This document shows positions 46,024 through 55,349 of a stretch of DNA of 64,000 bases, in pieces. The notes beneath the pieces were generated by a model. That model made no database searches. It saw nothing but the letters and a program-made list of their open reading frames with translations, and was not told the DNA's origin. How positions within the stretch are numbered: position 1 is the stretch's first letter; each line of letters opens with the position of its first letter. Source of the DNA: an uncultured Lachnospiraceae bacterium (lineage in GTDB: Bacteria; Bacillota; Clostridia; Lachnospirales; Lachnospiraceae); assembly GCA_910577165.1 (NCBI GenBank), contig CAJTLX010000003.1, positions 95,458 to 159,457 on the forward strand. Direction: 5' to 3'. The position numbers and the translations under genes are program-made.

Positions 46024-47463
46024 TTACAGGGCAGCTAAGAGTTGTTCAAGGAACTTATAGACGCGTAGGGAGGATGAGAGAGAGAGCCGTTCTTTTGGCG
46101 TGTGAATATCTCTCATATCCGGACCGATGGAAATCATATCCATATCCGGTATTTTTTCGCAGATCAGCCCGCACTCAAGCCCTGCATGGATCGCCTGAAC
46201 TTTAGGCTCCCCGTTGTAAAACTGCCGAAATACCTCAGTAAATTTCTCGCGAAGCACGGAATCCTTCCGGTACTCCCACGCCGGATAATCAGAATCCGCG
46301 GTGCATCTCCCCCCGACAAAGTCAAACAGTTCTTCCAGTTTATCGCGCAAAAAATATTTGTAAGTTCCAACAGAACTGCGCACGGAAAAATGAAATACCG
46401 CCTCCGCCTTATCCATGCGTAAAATACCAAGATTAAGGGAACTTTCCACTAAGCCTTCGATCTCATGGCTCATTTTTTGCACGCCGTCCGGTGCCTGCAA
46501 AAGTAAAAATAAGAATTTTCGGGTGCTTTCCTCTGTAAGTACAAAATAGGAATCCTCCAAAGAATTTGAGAGGGTAAGATCCATTCCTGGCTCGCTATTT
46601 CCCAATTCCTTTTTATATTTTCCAAAAACTTCCTGCATCCGGCAGCAAACTCGCGCTTCCCGCTCTCTTGGCACAACGAGTTCTGCCTGCGCCCAAACCG
46701 GGATCGCATTGTCCTTCTCTCCGCCTGCCATCATAAAAATCGAAAACTCTTCTTCCTTCTTTAGTTCAAAAAGCAGTCTGGCCATCAGATAGATCGCGTT
46801 TGTGCGGTATTTGTGAATCTCCGCGCCTGAATGTCCTCCCATAAGACCAGAAAGTTTTACAGTGAGCATACTTCCCCTTTTTGCCGTTCTCTCAAGAGGT
46901 AGCATTCCTGTTGCCCTAAGTCCTCCCGCACATGAAACGAGTACCACACCCTCATCCTCCGAGTCCACATTGATCATAAAACGCCCGGAAATCTGTGATG
47001 CGTCAAGTCCCTTCGCGCCGTACATCCCCGTTTCCTCATCCGTCGTAATCACTACTTCCAACGCTGGGTGCGGGATGGTATTATCCGCAAGTAGTGCCAT
47101 CCCGTAGGCTATAGCAATGCCATCATCCCCGCCAAGTGTCGTCCCCCTCGCGCCAAGCATATCCCCGTCCACAAAGAGCGAGAGTGGCTCCTCCTTAAAA
47201 TTATGTGGGACCCCTTCCTCGGCCACACACACCATATCCATATGTCCCTGAATTACCACGCCGGTATGTCCTTTATATCCGGGTGTTGCAGGCTTTTTTA
47301 TTATCACATTTTTTAGTGCGTCCTGCACATAGGAAAGCCCCCGTTCCCTCGCAAAATTCACCAGATAATCGCTGATCCTATCGTTGAATCCCGAACCTCT
47401 TGGAATTTGGGAAATTTTGTAAAAATAATCAAGCACATTTTTATAATCTATTTTTTCAAACAT
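46024..47463 (-). CDS. pepD: aminoacyl-histidine (Xaa-His) dipeptidase, M20 family
   Basis: 479 aa. FYKISQIPRGSG, VIQGHMDMV, TTLGGDDGIA, TTDEETGMYGA, AIHAGLECG. Confidence 0.92.
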   Translation of the reverse strand: MFEKIDYKNVLDYFYKISQIPRGSGFNDRISDYLVNFARERGLSYVQDALKNVIIKKPATPGYKGHTGVVIQGHMDMVCVAEEGVPHNFKEEPLSLFVDGDMLGARGTTLGGDDGIAIAYGMALLADNTIPHPALEVVITTDEETGMYGAKGLDASQISGRFMINVDSEDEGVVLVSCAGGLRATGMLPLERTAKRGSMLTVKLSGLMGGHSGAEIHKYRTNAIYLMARLLFELKKEEEFSIFMMAGGEKDNAIPVWAQAELVVPREREARVCCRMQEVFGKYKKELGNSEPGMDLTLSNSLEDSYFVLTEESTRKFLFLLLQAPDGVQKMSHEIEGLVESSLNLGILRMDKAEAVFHFSVRSSVGTYKYFLRDKLEELFDFVGGRCTADSDYPAWEYRKDSVLREKFTEVFRQFYNGEPKVQAIHAGLECGLICEKIPDMDMISIGPDMRDIHTPKERLSLSSSLRVYKFLEQLLAAL

Positions 47464-47473
47464 ACTCTCCTCC

Positions 47474-47803
47474 TATTTTGAATTCCGCATCCGTCCTGCG
47501 CAGCACCCTTACCGTGGAAGGAAATTTCTTCGCTTTGCTACGCAATTTCCTTCCGGTACTGCTCCGGACTCCTGCTATTTTGAGTTCCGCATCCGTCCTG
47601 CGCAGCACTCTTACCGTGGAAGGAAATTTCTTCGCTTTGCTACGCAATTTCCTTCCGGTACTGCTCCGGACTCCTGCTGTTTTTGAGTTCTTATTTTTAG
47701 TTCCGCATCCGTCCTTCTCGCGCACGTTGCCCAGGGAGAATTTCTGTTCGCTTCGCGCCCATAAATTCCTTCCGGCACTGTTCCAAAATTCTGCTGTTTT
47801 TTA
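47474..47803. repeat. tandem array (3 units) of a second subfamily of the intergenic hairpin repeat
   Basis: Units begin at about 47482, 47584 and 47700. Arms GGAAGGAAATT (47516-47526) / AATTTCCTTCC (47544-47554). The last TTTTTAG overlaps the stop codon of the UPF0210 gene, and the first unit ends about 10 nt from the pepD RBS. Confidence 0.85.
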
Positions 47804-49165
47804 GTTTTTAAATGAGTGTATCGGTGCAGGAATCCGCCCGCCACGAGAAATAAATGCCTCGCAGGAAAAAGCGTTGACTGGCATAACGGGCGCGTAGCCG
47901 AGCAAGCCGCCAAATTCTACAATATCTCCCACGCGCTTTCCAATCACTGGAATAATGCGCACTGCGGTGGTTTTCTGATTGATCATCCCTATCGCCATCT
48001 CATCCGCGATAAGTCCTGCGATGGAAGAATCCGAAATATCGCCGGGGATCGCAATCATATCAAGCCCCACAGAGCAGACGCAGGTCATTGCCTCAAGTTT
48101 CTCTATCGTAAGACAATTTGCCTGTACTGCGTCGATCATCCCCTGATCCTCGCTGACCGGGATAAACGCACCGCTAAGTCCCCCGACATAGGAGGAGGCC
48201 ATCACTCCGCCCTTTTTCACCTGGTCATTTAGAAGGGCAAGTGCCGCCGTGGTGCCTGGCGCACCCGGATACTCAAGCCCGATCTCCTGCAAGATCTCGG
48301 CCACGCTGTCGCCCACCGCAGGAGTTGGCGCAAGCGATAAATCCACAATCCCAAAAGGAATGCCAAGACGCTTTGACGCTTCTTTTGCCACCAGCTGCCC
48401 CACACGCGTAATCTTAAATGCCGTTTTCTTGATTGTCTCACACAGCGTTTCAAAATCCGCGCCGCGCACACTCTCAAGAGCCTTTTTCACCACGCCCGGA
48501 CCGCTGACCCCGACATTGATCACTGCGTCCGCTTCTGTCACGCCATGAAACGCCCCTGCCATAAACGGATTGTCATCCGGCGCATTGCAAAAAATCACAA
48601 GTTTTGCACAGCCCAAGGAATCATTTTCCTTTGTGTACTCCGCTGTCTTTTTTACAATTTTTCCCAAAATCCGCACCGCATCCATATTGATGCCCGTCTT
48701 TGTCGACCCGACATTAAATGAGCTGCACACGCGATCCGTCGTGGCAAGTGCCTGCGGTACCGACTCTATCAAAAGTTTATCCGCCGCCGTCATCCCCTTG
48801 CATACTAAGGCACTGTAACCGCCGATAAAATTTACATTCACCGCCTTGGCCGCAGCGTCAAGAGTCTTTGCAATCTCCACAAAATCCCCGGCTGATTTGC
48901 ACGCGGCACTGCCAATCAGCGCGATCGGTGTAACGGAAATTCGCTTGTTAACCACCGGAATCCCGAACTCCTTCTCGATTGCCTGACCCGTGGAAACAAG
49001 TTCTCTCGCGGTGTGCGTGATCTTATCGTAAATCTTTTGGCATAATGCCTTTAAGTCACTCTCGATACAGTCGAGCAGGCTGATGCCAAGCGTGATTGTG
49101 CGCACATCCAGATTTTCTTTCTCAATCATCGTGTTGGTTTCCATAACCTCGGTAAAATTTATCAT
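47801..49165 (-). CDS. UPF0210 / DUF711 (PFL-like fold) family protein
   Basis: 454 aa. [17 protein letters not shown] at the N-terminus, typical of the UPF0210 family. Paired with a small ACT protein as in other Firmicutes. Confidence 0.88.
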   Translation of the reverse strand: MINFTEVMETNTMIEKENLDVRTITLGISLLDCIESDLKALCQKIYDKITHTARELVSTGQAIEKEFGIPVVNKRISVTPIALIGSAACKSAGDFVEIAKTLDAAAKAVNVNFIGGYSALVCKGMTAADKLLIESVPQALATTDRVCSSFNVGSTKTGINMDAVRILGKIVKKTAEYTKENDSLGCAKLVIFCNAPDDNPFMAGAFHGVTEADAVINVGVSGPGVVKKALESVRGADFETLCETIKKTAFKITRVGQLVAKEASKRLGIPFGIVDLSLAPTPAVGDSVAEILQEIGLEYPGAPGTTAALALLNDQVKKGGVMASSYVGGLSGAFIPVSEDQGMIDAVQANCLTIEKLEAMTCVCSVGLDMIAIPGDISDSSIAGLIADEMAIGMINQKTTAVRIIPVIGKRVGDIVEFGGLLGYAPVMPVNAFSCEAFISRGGRIPAPIHSFKN

Positions 49166-49225
49166 AAAAATTTCCTAGTCCTTTCTCCATTTGCCCTTCA
49201 CCATCTAAAAACCGCCGCCAGGTGA

Positions 49226-49498
49226 TCAGATGCGATGCATCATATCAAAAATATCTTCCCGCTGCGCTTTGATAATCACACCGATCTCTTTTCCGAGTAC
49301 TTCCAACTCTCCACTGATCTCGCCAAACTCTTTCTTTGCATTGTTTGTATCCACAATCATCATCATATTAAAATATCCGGACACGATCGTCTGCGAAATA
49401 TCCAGGATATTCACATCATTCTCTGCCAGATATGTACATACCTTTGCAATAATACCCACCTGGTCTTTTCCTACCACAGTAATAATTGTTTTATTCAT
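49226..49498 (-). CDS. ACT-domain protein (UPF0237 family)
   Basis: 90 aa. MNKTIITVVGKDQVGIIAKVCTYLAENDVNILDISQT is a typical ACT fold sequence. Confidence 0.85.
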   Translation of the reverse strand: MNKTIITVVGKDQVGIIAKVCTYLAENDVNILDISQTIVSGYFNMMMIVDTNNAKKEFGEISGELEVLGKEIGVIIKAQREDIFDMMHRI

Positions 49499-49560
49499 AA
49501 ACTGCTTTCCTTTCCTGTACCGATTTCTAAAACAACCTTATTTTGGTGATCTATTTATCT

Positions 49561-50355
49561 TTATAGAGATAATATCTCCGACGGTCGCTCCCTGTTTGCC
49601 ACCGAGATCTCCGGGGGCGGCGCATCATATTTCCATGTGCTTAGTATTTTCTGGTGCATGGTTTCGTATGCCAATTCCGGATAATTATTTTCGCGGCTCA
49701 AATGTCCAAGTACAATATATTTTAATTTTTCATGCAAAAGTTCCCCTGCAAGCTCTGCGGCCGCCTCGTTCGAGAGGTGTCCATGCGTTCCCAAAATACG
49801 CTGTTTTAATACGTAGGGATATCCCCCGACAAGCAGCATATTCTCATCGTGGTTGGACTCAAGATACAGGATTCCGCAGTCTTTTAGGGCATCCTTTGTG
49901 TAGCTGGTAAAACAGCCAAGATCGGTTGCTATTCCAATTTTTTCCATTCCTCCGCGAAAGGTATAGCCCACTGGACAGATCGCATCGTGCGCGACGCGAA
50001 ACGGATATACTCGCATATCGCCAAATACAAGCTCTCTATCATGGATCACCCGGCAAATCTCGCCAAGAAAAAGCTCCCGTGGTCTTTTGGCATTAAAATA
50101 TGCATCCAATGTATGTTCGGTCGCATAGACAGGAACATGATATTTCTTTCCAAATGTCCATAGTCCCTGCACATGATCACTATGTTCATGTGTAATAAAA
50201 ATCGCACTTAAATCTCCCGGTAAAACCGAAACCTTCTTTAGTCCCTCTAAGATCCGTTTCGCGCTGATCCCCGCATCCACAAGGATATGTGTATTTTTTT
50301 CTCCGACATAAATACAGTTTCCACTGCTGCCGCTGGCAATACTACACAAACGCAT
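49561..50355 (-). CDS. MBL-fold metallo-hydrolase (YycJ/WalJ-like)
   Basis: MRLCSIASGSSGNCIYV.., ITHEHSDHVQG. Start taken at 50355 (GGAGAGAAAG RBS). The longer ORF would overlap rpoZ. Confidence 0.85.
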   Translation of the reverse strand: MRLCSIASGSSGNCIYVGEKNTHILVDAGISAKRILEGLKKVSVLPGDLSAIFITHEHSDHVQGLWTFGKKYHVPVYATEHTLDAYFNAKRPRELFLGEICRVIHDRELVFGDMRVYPFRVAHDAICPVGYTFRGGMEKIGIATDLGCFTSYTKDALKDCGILYLESNHDENMLLVGGYPYVLKQRILGTHGHLSNEAAAELAGELLHEKLKYIVLGHLSRENNYPELAYETMHQKILSTWKYDAPPPEISVANRERPSEILSL

Positions 50356-50417
50356 ATTTTCTTTCTCTCCACTTCTTACGCAGAAAAAAGGGCGGTAAAA
50401 ACCGTCCCTTTCCACGA

Positions 50418-50657
50418 TCAATTTTCTTTCTCTTCGGAAATAATCTTTACTTTTGACTGGTAAAGTTCATCGACGGCAATCGAAAGTGCCTTGTTGCAAG
50501 TCGGCGTTACAAGCGGATCCGCCCCGTCAATCAACTGCCTCGCGCGTTTTGCGGTTGCAAGAACAATAGAATAGCGGCTGTTTACCACCGGCTCCTCCCC
50601 CTGTTCTACTTCACTATTCACTACCTGCATTAAATCAGTATAGGATGGATGTAACAT
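50418..50657 (-). CDS. rpoZ: DNA-directed RNA polymerase subunit omega
   Basis: 79 aa. NSRYSIVLATAKRARQL core motif of omega. Confidence 0.88.
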   Translation of the reverse strand: MLHPSYTDLMQVVNSEVEQGEEPVVNSRYSIVLATAKRARQLIDGADPLVTPTCNKALSIAVDELYQSKVKIISEEKEN

Positions 50658-50713
50658 AATTTACTTCTCCTTTCAAGCTGTTTTATCTCCTGCGACAGAA
50701 AGAAATCGACGGT

Positions 50714-50992
50714 TTATGTTGAATCTTCCGCGCCTTCCTCCCGCTCCGCAAGAAATTTTGCGTTCACTCTGCCGGCGATCGTCTCCGGCAAAAGTGCCGA
50801 GAGTACGATCTTTCCATTATCAGAAACAATAACCGACTTGCATTTTCTGCCGCAGGTCGCATCCACATAGGTTTCATGATCTTTTGCAACCGCCACCATG
50901 CGCTTGATTGGTGCGGCCTCCGGTCGCACCACGGCAAGTATTTTATCCGCGTTCACCACGTTTCCGTAACCGATGTTAATCATCCTGCTCAT
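50714..50992 (-). CDS. remA: DUF370 / RemA-family regulator
   Basis: MSRMINIGYGNVVNADKILAVVRPEAAPIKRMV..: RemA signature. Start at 50992 after GGGGAG. Confidence 0.88.
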   Translation of the reverse strand: MSRMINIGYGNVVNADKILAVVRPEAAPIKRMVAVAKDHETYVDATCGRKCKSVIVSDNGKIVLSALLPETIAGRVNAKFLAEREEGAEDST

Positions 50993-51002
50993 GGAAACTC
51001 CC

Positions 51003-51881
51003 CTATTCAATATTTTGAATTTGTTCTCTGATCTTTTCAATCTCTGTTTTCAGGTCAACCGCGCAGTTTGTTACTGCTAAATCGCTTGATTTTGACAGGA
51101 TCGTATTCGCTTCGCGATTCATCTCCTGTGCGATAAAATCCAGTTTTCTGCCGATATTCTCCCCCACATCAAGTGTAGCTTTCATATTTTCAATATGCGC
51201 TCTCAAACGCACGGTTTCCTCGTCCACACAGATTCGATCGGCAAAGACCGTAATCTGTGTCGCAAGTACAGACTCATCCACCTTCGTATCACCAAGCAGC
51301 TCATTTACTTTCTCTGTGAGTTTTCTTCGATATTCCGCCACAATCTGCGGTGCGCGCTCCTCAATAAAATCGATCCCCGACAGCATCCCATCAAGTTTTT
51401 CCGACAAATCCCGCCGCAATTGTTCTCCCTCGGCCACTCTTGTCGCAACTAATTGTTTTGCTGCACCCTCGACTGCATCCGAGAGCATCTGCCAGAGTGC
51501 CTCCTCATCAAGTGTCTGCTCCTGCAAGACAAATACCTCCGGGAGCTTCGCAAGACCTAACACGGTAATATCTTCCTTGATGCAAAGATCTTCGCTCATC
51601 TGTTTTAGATGCTCAACATATTCCGCTGCCAATTCCGCATTATACTTGATACAGGTCTTCCCCTGTGTATCATCCTCATAGGTGATAAACACATCCACTT
51701 TACCGCGGCTGATATAGGATTTTAGAAGACTCCTAACCCCTGCCTCATAAAAATTCAATTTCTTCGGCAGCTTTACTAAAAAGTCGCCATAGCGATGGTT
51801 TACCGCCTTCATCTCCACAGTGATCTTTCCCTTTTCATTTGCAGTTTCATACCGGCCAAATCCGGTCATGCTCTTTAACAT
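51003..51881 (-). CDS. yicC: YicC-family stress-induced protein (endoribonuclease-like)
   Basis: MLKSMTGFGR.., C-terminal EMNREANTILSKS and KTEIEKIREQIQNIE are typical of YicC (YloC). Confidence 0.9.
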   Translation of the reverse strand: MLKSMTGFGRYETANEKGKITVEMKAVNHRYGDFLVKLPKKLNFYEAGVRSLLKSYISRGKVDVFITYEDDTQGKTCIKYNAELAAEYVEHLKQMSEDLCIKEDITVLGLAKLPEVFVLQEQTLDEEALWQMLSDAVEGAAKQLVATRVAEGEQLRRDLSEKLDGMLSGIDFIEERAPQIVAEYRRKLTEKVNELLGDTKVDESVLATQITVFADRICVDEETVRLRAHIENMKATLDVGENIGRKLDFIAQEMNREANTILSKSSDLAVTNCAVDLKTEIEKIREQIQNIE

Positions 51882-51953
51882 GCACACACATTCTTTCTTT
51901 TTACGATAAATTTTGTATCCTCAAGACAGCGCATCAGATCCAATATTCAATCT

Positions 51954-51982
51954 ATTATAAGGGAAAACCATGTATTCGTCAA
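51954..51982 (-). promoter_or_regulatory. sigma-A promoter of yicC-remA-rpoZ
   Basis: TTGACG (51982-51977), 17-nt spacer, TATAAT (51959-51954) on the minus strand. Confidence 0.6.
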
Positions 51983-52006
51983 GAATGGATTTTCTCTTTG
52001 TTCTCT

Positions 52007-52399
52007 TTAATATTCTGAAAGCTTCTTTTTCATTTCCGCATTCATCTTTGAGGTACTTTTGTTAATAAAGATCGTCATAATTAGATAGAATAACAACACC
52101 CCCGTAGTCATATCGTCCATAATCGTCTCCCACACGACCTCCTTTTCATTCTGAGACATCGCCTCTTTTAGTTTTTTTGCATCCATAAAACCGCAGAGAA
52201 CTGCCATTGCAAGTGCAGCACACTTTGCTGTCCTGCGGCAGGAGCGATACTTTTGCGTCCACTTGTATACCTCGTTCCCCTGCACCCACATTGTCCTGTA
52301 CTTATCGCCCCGCTGGAGTGTCATCTTAATATAATCAAAGCTATAGCGCAATTTCTTATTCTGTTTTTTCTTTTTCGCAGTCCTATCCTTCTTTTCCAT
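52007..52399 (-). CDS. hypothetical small membrane protein
   Basis: 130-aa ORF with a lysine-rich N-terminus and two hydrophobic segments. No family recognised. Confidence 0.5.
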   Translation of the reverse strand: MEKKDRTAKKKKQNKKLRYSFDYIKMTLQRGDKYRTMWVQGNEVYKWTQKYRSCRRTAKCAALAMAVLCGFMDAKKLKEAMSQNEKEVVWETIMDDMTTGVLLFYLIMTIFINKSTSKMNAEMKKKLSEY

Positions 52400-52442
52400 C
52401 TACTTATCTCCTAATCATATTTTTTGAAATTGCCGGAATTGA

Positions 52443-53399
52443 TCAATTAAAATACACCAGCTTATCTTCCGGTTCCGGCGCGCTCTCGATCGCGGTTGCG
52501 TACAGCACCGGTCCTTTGCCCCGGTATTCCTTATAAAATTCCACGCGGATATCGGCAGTCACATACACATAGCTGCGATTTTTCAACGTCTCAAACGCGA
52601 TCGGTCCAACATCCCCCACCTTGCACAAAAAACCAATAAACGCCACATCGTCCGCGCAGCAAGTCATTGCAAAACGCCCCGGCACAAAGCTTCTTTTTGG
52701 CAGTTTCTCCGATCGGTAGACCATCGCGCGAAACCGCACTTTTTTTCCGTTATATTTTTTGGGATTGTCCATCGCATCCATATACCACAGCCCATAATCG
52801 TCATCACAGAGATCAATTAATGGCGCGTCAATATCAAATGGCAGCACTTCCTCGCCCGCATCGTCCGTCACACCATCCGCCGACTCATAGATAATCTGCC
52901 CCTTGCGGTTTACAATCTTAACGCTGCGGCGCAGGGCAATCTTATCCGTTTCCTGCTTGCAGCGATTGAAAATAATGGTATCGGAAAGCTTGAACTGCCC
53001 CATCATAATCGGTTTCATATTATTTAGATAATTTTGGTAAGTCGATGCGTCAATCAGTGTGATAATCTGCACCATCACCCAGTTTTCTGGCAGATCCTGC
53101 TCCAGAAACTCCTCGATATTCCACATCCCATTAAACTCGATCATCACGCGCTGCGGGCGGTAATGGACATTTAACATTCTAAGATACTCGGGGGTAAATT
53201 CTTCCTTTTCCTCCACAGTAACCACTTCGGCATGACAGGCAGCAAGTGTTTTCTCGTCATATTCCTCCTCCCCCTCCTCGCAGGCGATCACAAGTGTTTT
53301 TTCCCTGCCCGCAAAATCAGGGTCCTTTAATGTTTCCTGGATAAATGTTGTCTTGCCGCTCTCCAAAAATCCATTGATGATATATACTGGTACTTCCAT
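52443..53399 (-). CDS. G3E/CobW-like P-loop GTPase lacking the CxCC motif, fused to a DUF1980-type C-terminal (..TCCADD..) domain
   Basis: Walker A GFLESGKTTF. The position of the COG0523 GCICCS motif reads ACEEGEEE. The C-terminal FVPGRFAMTCCADDVAFIGF resembles the conserved CC motif of TIGR03943/DUF1980 proteins (from memory). Confidence 0.75.
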   Translation of the reverse strand: MEVPVYIINGFLESGKTTFIQETLKDPDFAGREKTLVIACEEGEEEYDEKTLAACHAEVVTVEEKEEFTPEYLRMLNVHYRPQRVMIEFNGMWNIEEFLEQDLPENWVMVQIITLIDASTYQNYLNNMKPIMMGQFKLSDTIIFNRCKQETDKIALRRSVKIVNRKGQIIYESADGVTDDAGEEVLPFDIDAPLIDLCDDDYGLWYMDAMDNPKKYNGKKVRFRAMVYRSEKLPKRSFVPGRFAMTCCADDVAFIGFLCKVGDVGPIAFETLKNRSYVYVTADIRVEFYKEYRGKGPVLYATAIESAPEPEDKLVYFN

Positions 53400-53460
53400 A
53401 ATCCCTCACAATCTTTTTTGCCAGACAAAGCGATACGGCAATAATTTTTTGCCCCTATCT

Positions 53461-54570
53461 TCACGCAAGGAACAGTGCTGCAATCTCCTCTTCCTTTAAT
53501 TTGCTTCCAATCACGCAGATGCGCCCCGTGATATCCGCAGCACCCTCCCTTATCTCATATTCGCCCGGTGTCATATCAAAATACAGCCATTCACCCGTTA
53601 CCGCAGGCACAATTCCCTTTGAGCGCAAGATCATTCCGTGGCGATCACTCTCGGAAAGCTCTGCCAGTATTGTTGTAAGTTCCTCTTTGGTGAATTTATG
53701 AGGAGTCTCAACGCCCCAACTGGAAAATACTTCATCCGCATGATGGTGATGATGTTCCCCTTCATGGTCGTGATCGTGACAGCCACAGGTGCAATCTTCG
53801 CCGTGATCTTTATGATGTTCATGGTCGTGATGGTGGTGATGTTCCCCCTCATGGTCATGATGATGTTCTCCCTCATGGTCATGATGGCAGCATTCCCCGT
53901 CTTCATGGTGATGATGGCAGCACTCTCCATCTTTGTGATGGTGATGATGTTCCTCCAAGAGTTCCTTCTCCAGAGTATTATTCTTCTCCATTGCCGCTAA
54001 GATCTGCCCGCCGGTAAGTTCGTCCCAAGGCGTGGTAATAATCGTGGCACTTGCATTGTGTTCGCGCAGCTGCTTTACACATTCTTCTAATTTCTCCTGC
54101 TTCATCTCCTGTGTGCGGCTCAAAATAATTGTGCCCGCATACTCCACCTGATTGTTAAAAAATTCACCAAAATTCTTCATATACATCTTGCTCTTCTTTG
54201 CATCAACTACCGCGGTAAAGCTGTTTAGCTGGATCTTAGCGGAATCCACATCCTTAACCGCCTTTATCACGTCGGAGAGTTTTCCCACGCCGGAAGGCTC
54301 AATTACAATGCGATCCGGTGCAAATTTTTCCAGTACTTCCGTCAAAGCCTTGCCAAAATCACCAACTAATGAGCAGCAGATACACCCTGAATTCATCTCC
54401 GTGATCTGCACCCCGGACTCCTTTAAAAATCCGCCGTCAATACCAATCTCACCAAACTCATTTTCAATCAGTACCAATTTTTCTCCCGAAAATGCCTCCG
54501 CAAGAAGTTTTTTAATCAGTGTCGTCTTGCCCGCACCCAAAAAACCAGAAATAATATCAATCTTTGTCAT
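53461..54570 (-). CDS. COG0523-family metallochaperone GTPase with extreme His/Cys-rich insert
   Basis: GFLGAGKTTL (Walker A), SGCICCSL (CxCC), IEPSGV. An insert of about 85 aa follows: HHHHHKDGECCHHHHEDGECCHHDHEGEHHHDHEGEHHHHHDHEHHKDHGEDCTCGCHDHDHEGEHHHHH. Start at MTKID (GGAGG upstream). Confidence 0.88.
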   Translation of the reverse strand: MTKIDIISGFLGAGKTTLIKKLLAEAFSGEKLVLIENEFGEIGIDGGFLKESGVQITEMNSGCICCSLVGDFGKALTEVLEKFAPDRIVIEPSGVGKLSDVIKAVKDVDSAKIQLNSFTAVVDAKKSKMYMKNFGEFFNNQVEYAGTIILSRTQEMKQEKLEECVKQLREHNASATIITTPWDELTGGQILAAMEKNNTLEKELLEEHHHHHKDGECCHHHHEDGECCHHDHEGEHHHDHEGEHHHHHDHEHHKDHGEDCTCGCHDHDHEGEHHHHHADEVFSSWGVETPHKFTKEELTTILAELSESDRHGMILRSKGIVPAVTGEWLYFDMTPGEYEIREGAADITGRICVIGSKLKEEEIAALFLA

Positions 54571-54703
54571 AAATGCCTCCATTCTAAAACCTTGTCTTTA
54601 ACGCGCAACAATAAATCAGAATATTTGCCACGCACACGAAAACGGACTGCGGATTAGTAAATTTTCATCCATAGCCCGTTCCCCTCATTCAACTTTGTCT
54701 GTA

Positions 54704-54732
54704 ATTATACTTCTGCACTCTATAATTTGCAA
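54704..54732 (-). promoter_or_regulatory. sigma-A promoter of the COG0523 operon
   Basis: TTGCAA (54732-54727), 17-nt spacer, TATAAT (54709-54704). Leaves a leader of about 120 nt. Confidence 0.65.
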
Positions 54733-54749
54733 GCAGATTTATAAAATTT

Positions 54750-55349
54750 TTAGAGATGTTTTCGGAAAAACTCCAAAAATTCGTCTTCTACCGCTACCCG
54801 ATCAAGTGCTTCTTCCTCCAAATCATAATAGTATTTGCCCGTCCTTAGATCGATGGAAAGACTATCGAGGGGAAACCCTTTTTTTCTTTTTTTATGTGGG
54901 ATGGAAGTAAGCAAAAAAGGTTCACTCTCCATATTCTTTTCCATCGCTCCAAAAACTTTGTCCTCGCCTAACACCAGGCAAATTGCATTGCGATAGCGCG
55001 CGGTTAAGTCACCATATTTTTTTGCCAGATTTGAATAATGATTTAGCATCTCCTCGTCCGTCAGATATTTTCCTCCGATCGTCCGAACATGTACCCCCGG
55101 CTGATCGTATTCCGGCACATGATCAAAATACAGCCCCGAATCACAGGAAAATACGGGCATACCAAAGGCCTTGTAATAGGCGAGTGCCTTTTTTCTTGCA
55201 TTTTCAAGCGGAGTCTTTCCATCCTCCACAATTTCCGGTACCTTTAGTAAAATATCCTTTAGACAGATTAAAGAGATCCCCAAGCCCGAAAGTCTTCTCG
55301 CCATCGCCTCAAATTTTGCCGGGTTTCCCGTTCCATATAATAATTCCAT
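54750..55349 (-). CDS. Ham1/RdgB-family non-canonical NTP pyrophosphatase-like protein
   Basis: MELLYGTGNPAKFEAM (xxTGNxxK motif) and SCDSGLYFD (DDSGL-like). Start at 55349. The upstream extension of the ORF lacks an RBS. Confidence 0.7.
   Translation of the reverse strand: MELLYGTGNPAKFEAMARRLSGLGISLICLKDILLKVPEIVEDGKTPLENARKKALAYYKAFGMPVFSCDSGLYFDHVPEYDQPGVHVRTIGGKYLTDEEMLNHYSNLAKKYGDLTARYRNAICLVLGEDKVFGAMEKNMESEPFLLTSIPHKKRKKGFPLDSLSIDLRTGKYYYDLEEEALDRVAVEDEFLEFFRKHL

Noticed and set aside
47400-47913. Track ORFs 47400..47804 (+), 47456..47725 (-) and 47611..47913 (-)
   Set aside because: Same situation as above. They are open frames generated by the repeat array, overlap the real pepD and UPF0210 termini, and have no translation signals.
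53631-54000. ORFs 53631..53930 (-) and 53638..54000 (+) rich in M/V/I/T/H
   Set aside because: They are alternative and antisense frames of the low-complexity CAT/GAT-rich DNA that encodes the His-rich insert of the COG0523 protein. They are not independent genes.
54583-54703. About 120-nt leader of the COG0523 operon examined for a Zur box or a metal (NiCo, Mn, cobalamin) riboswitch
   Set aside because: I found no TCGTAAT-N-ATTACGA-type palindrome and no match to the riboswitch cores I remember. There is only a weak hairpin (AACGGGCTATGGAT..ATCCGCAGTCCGTT).
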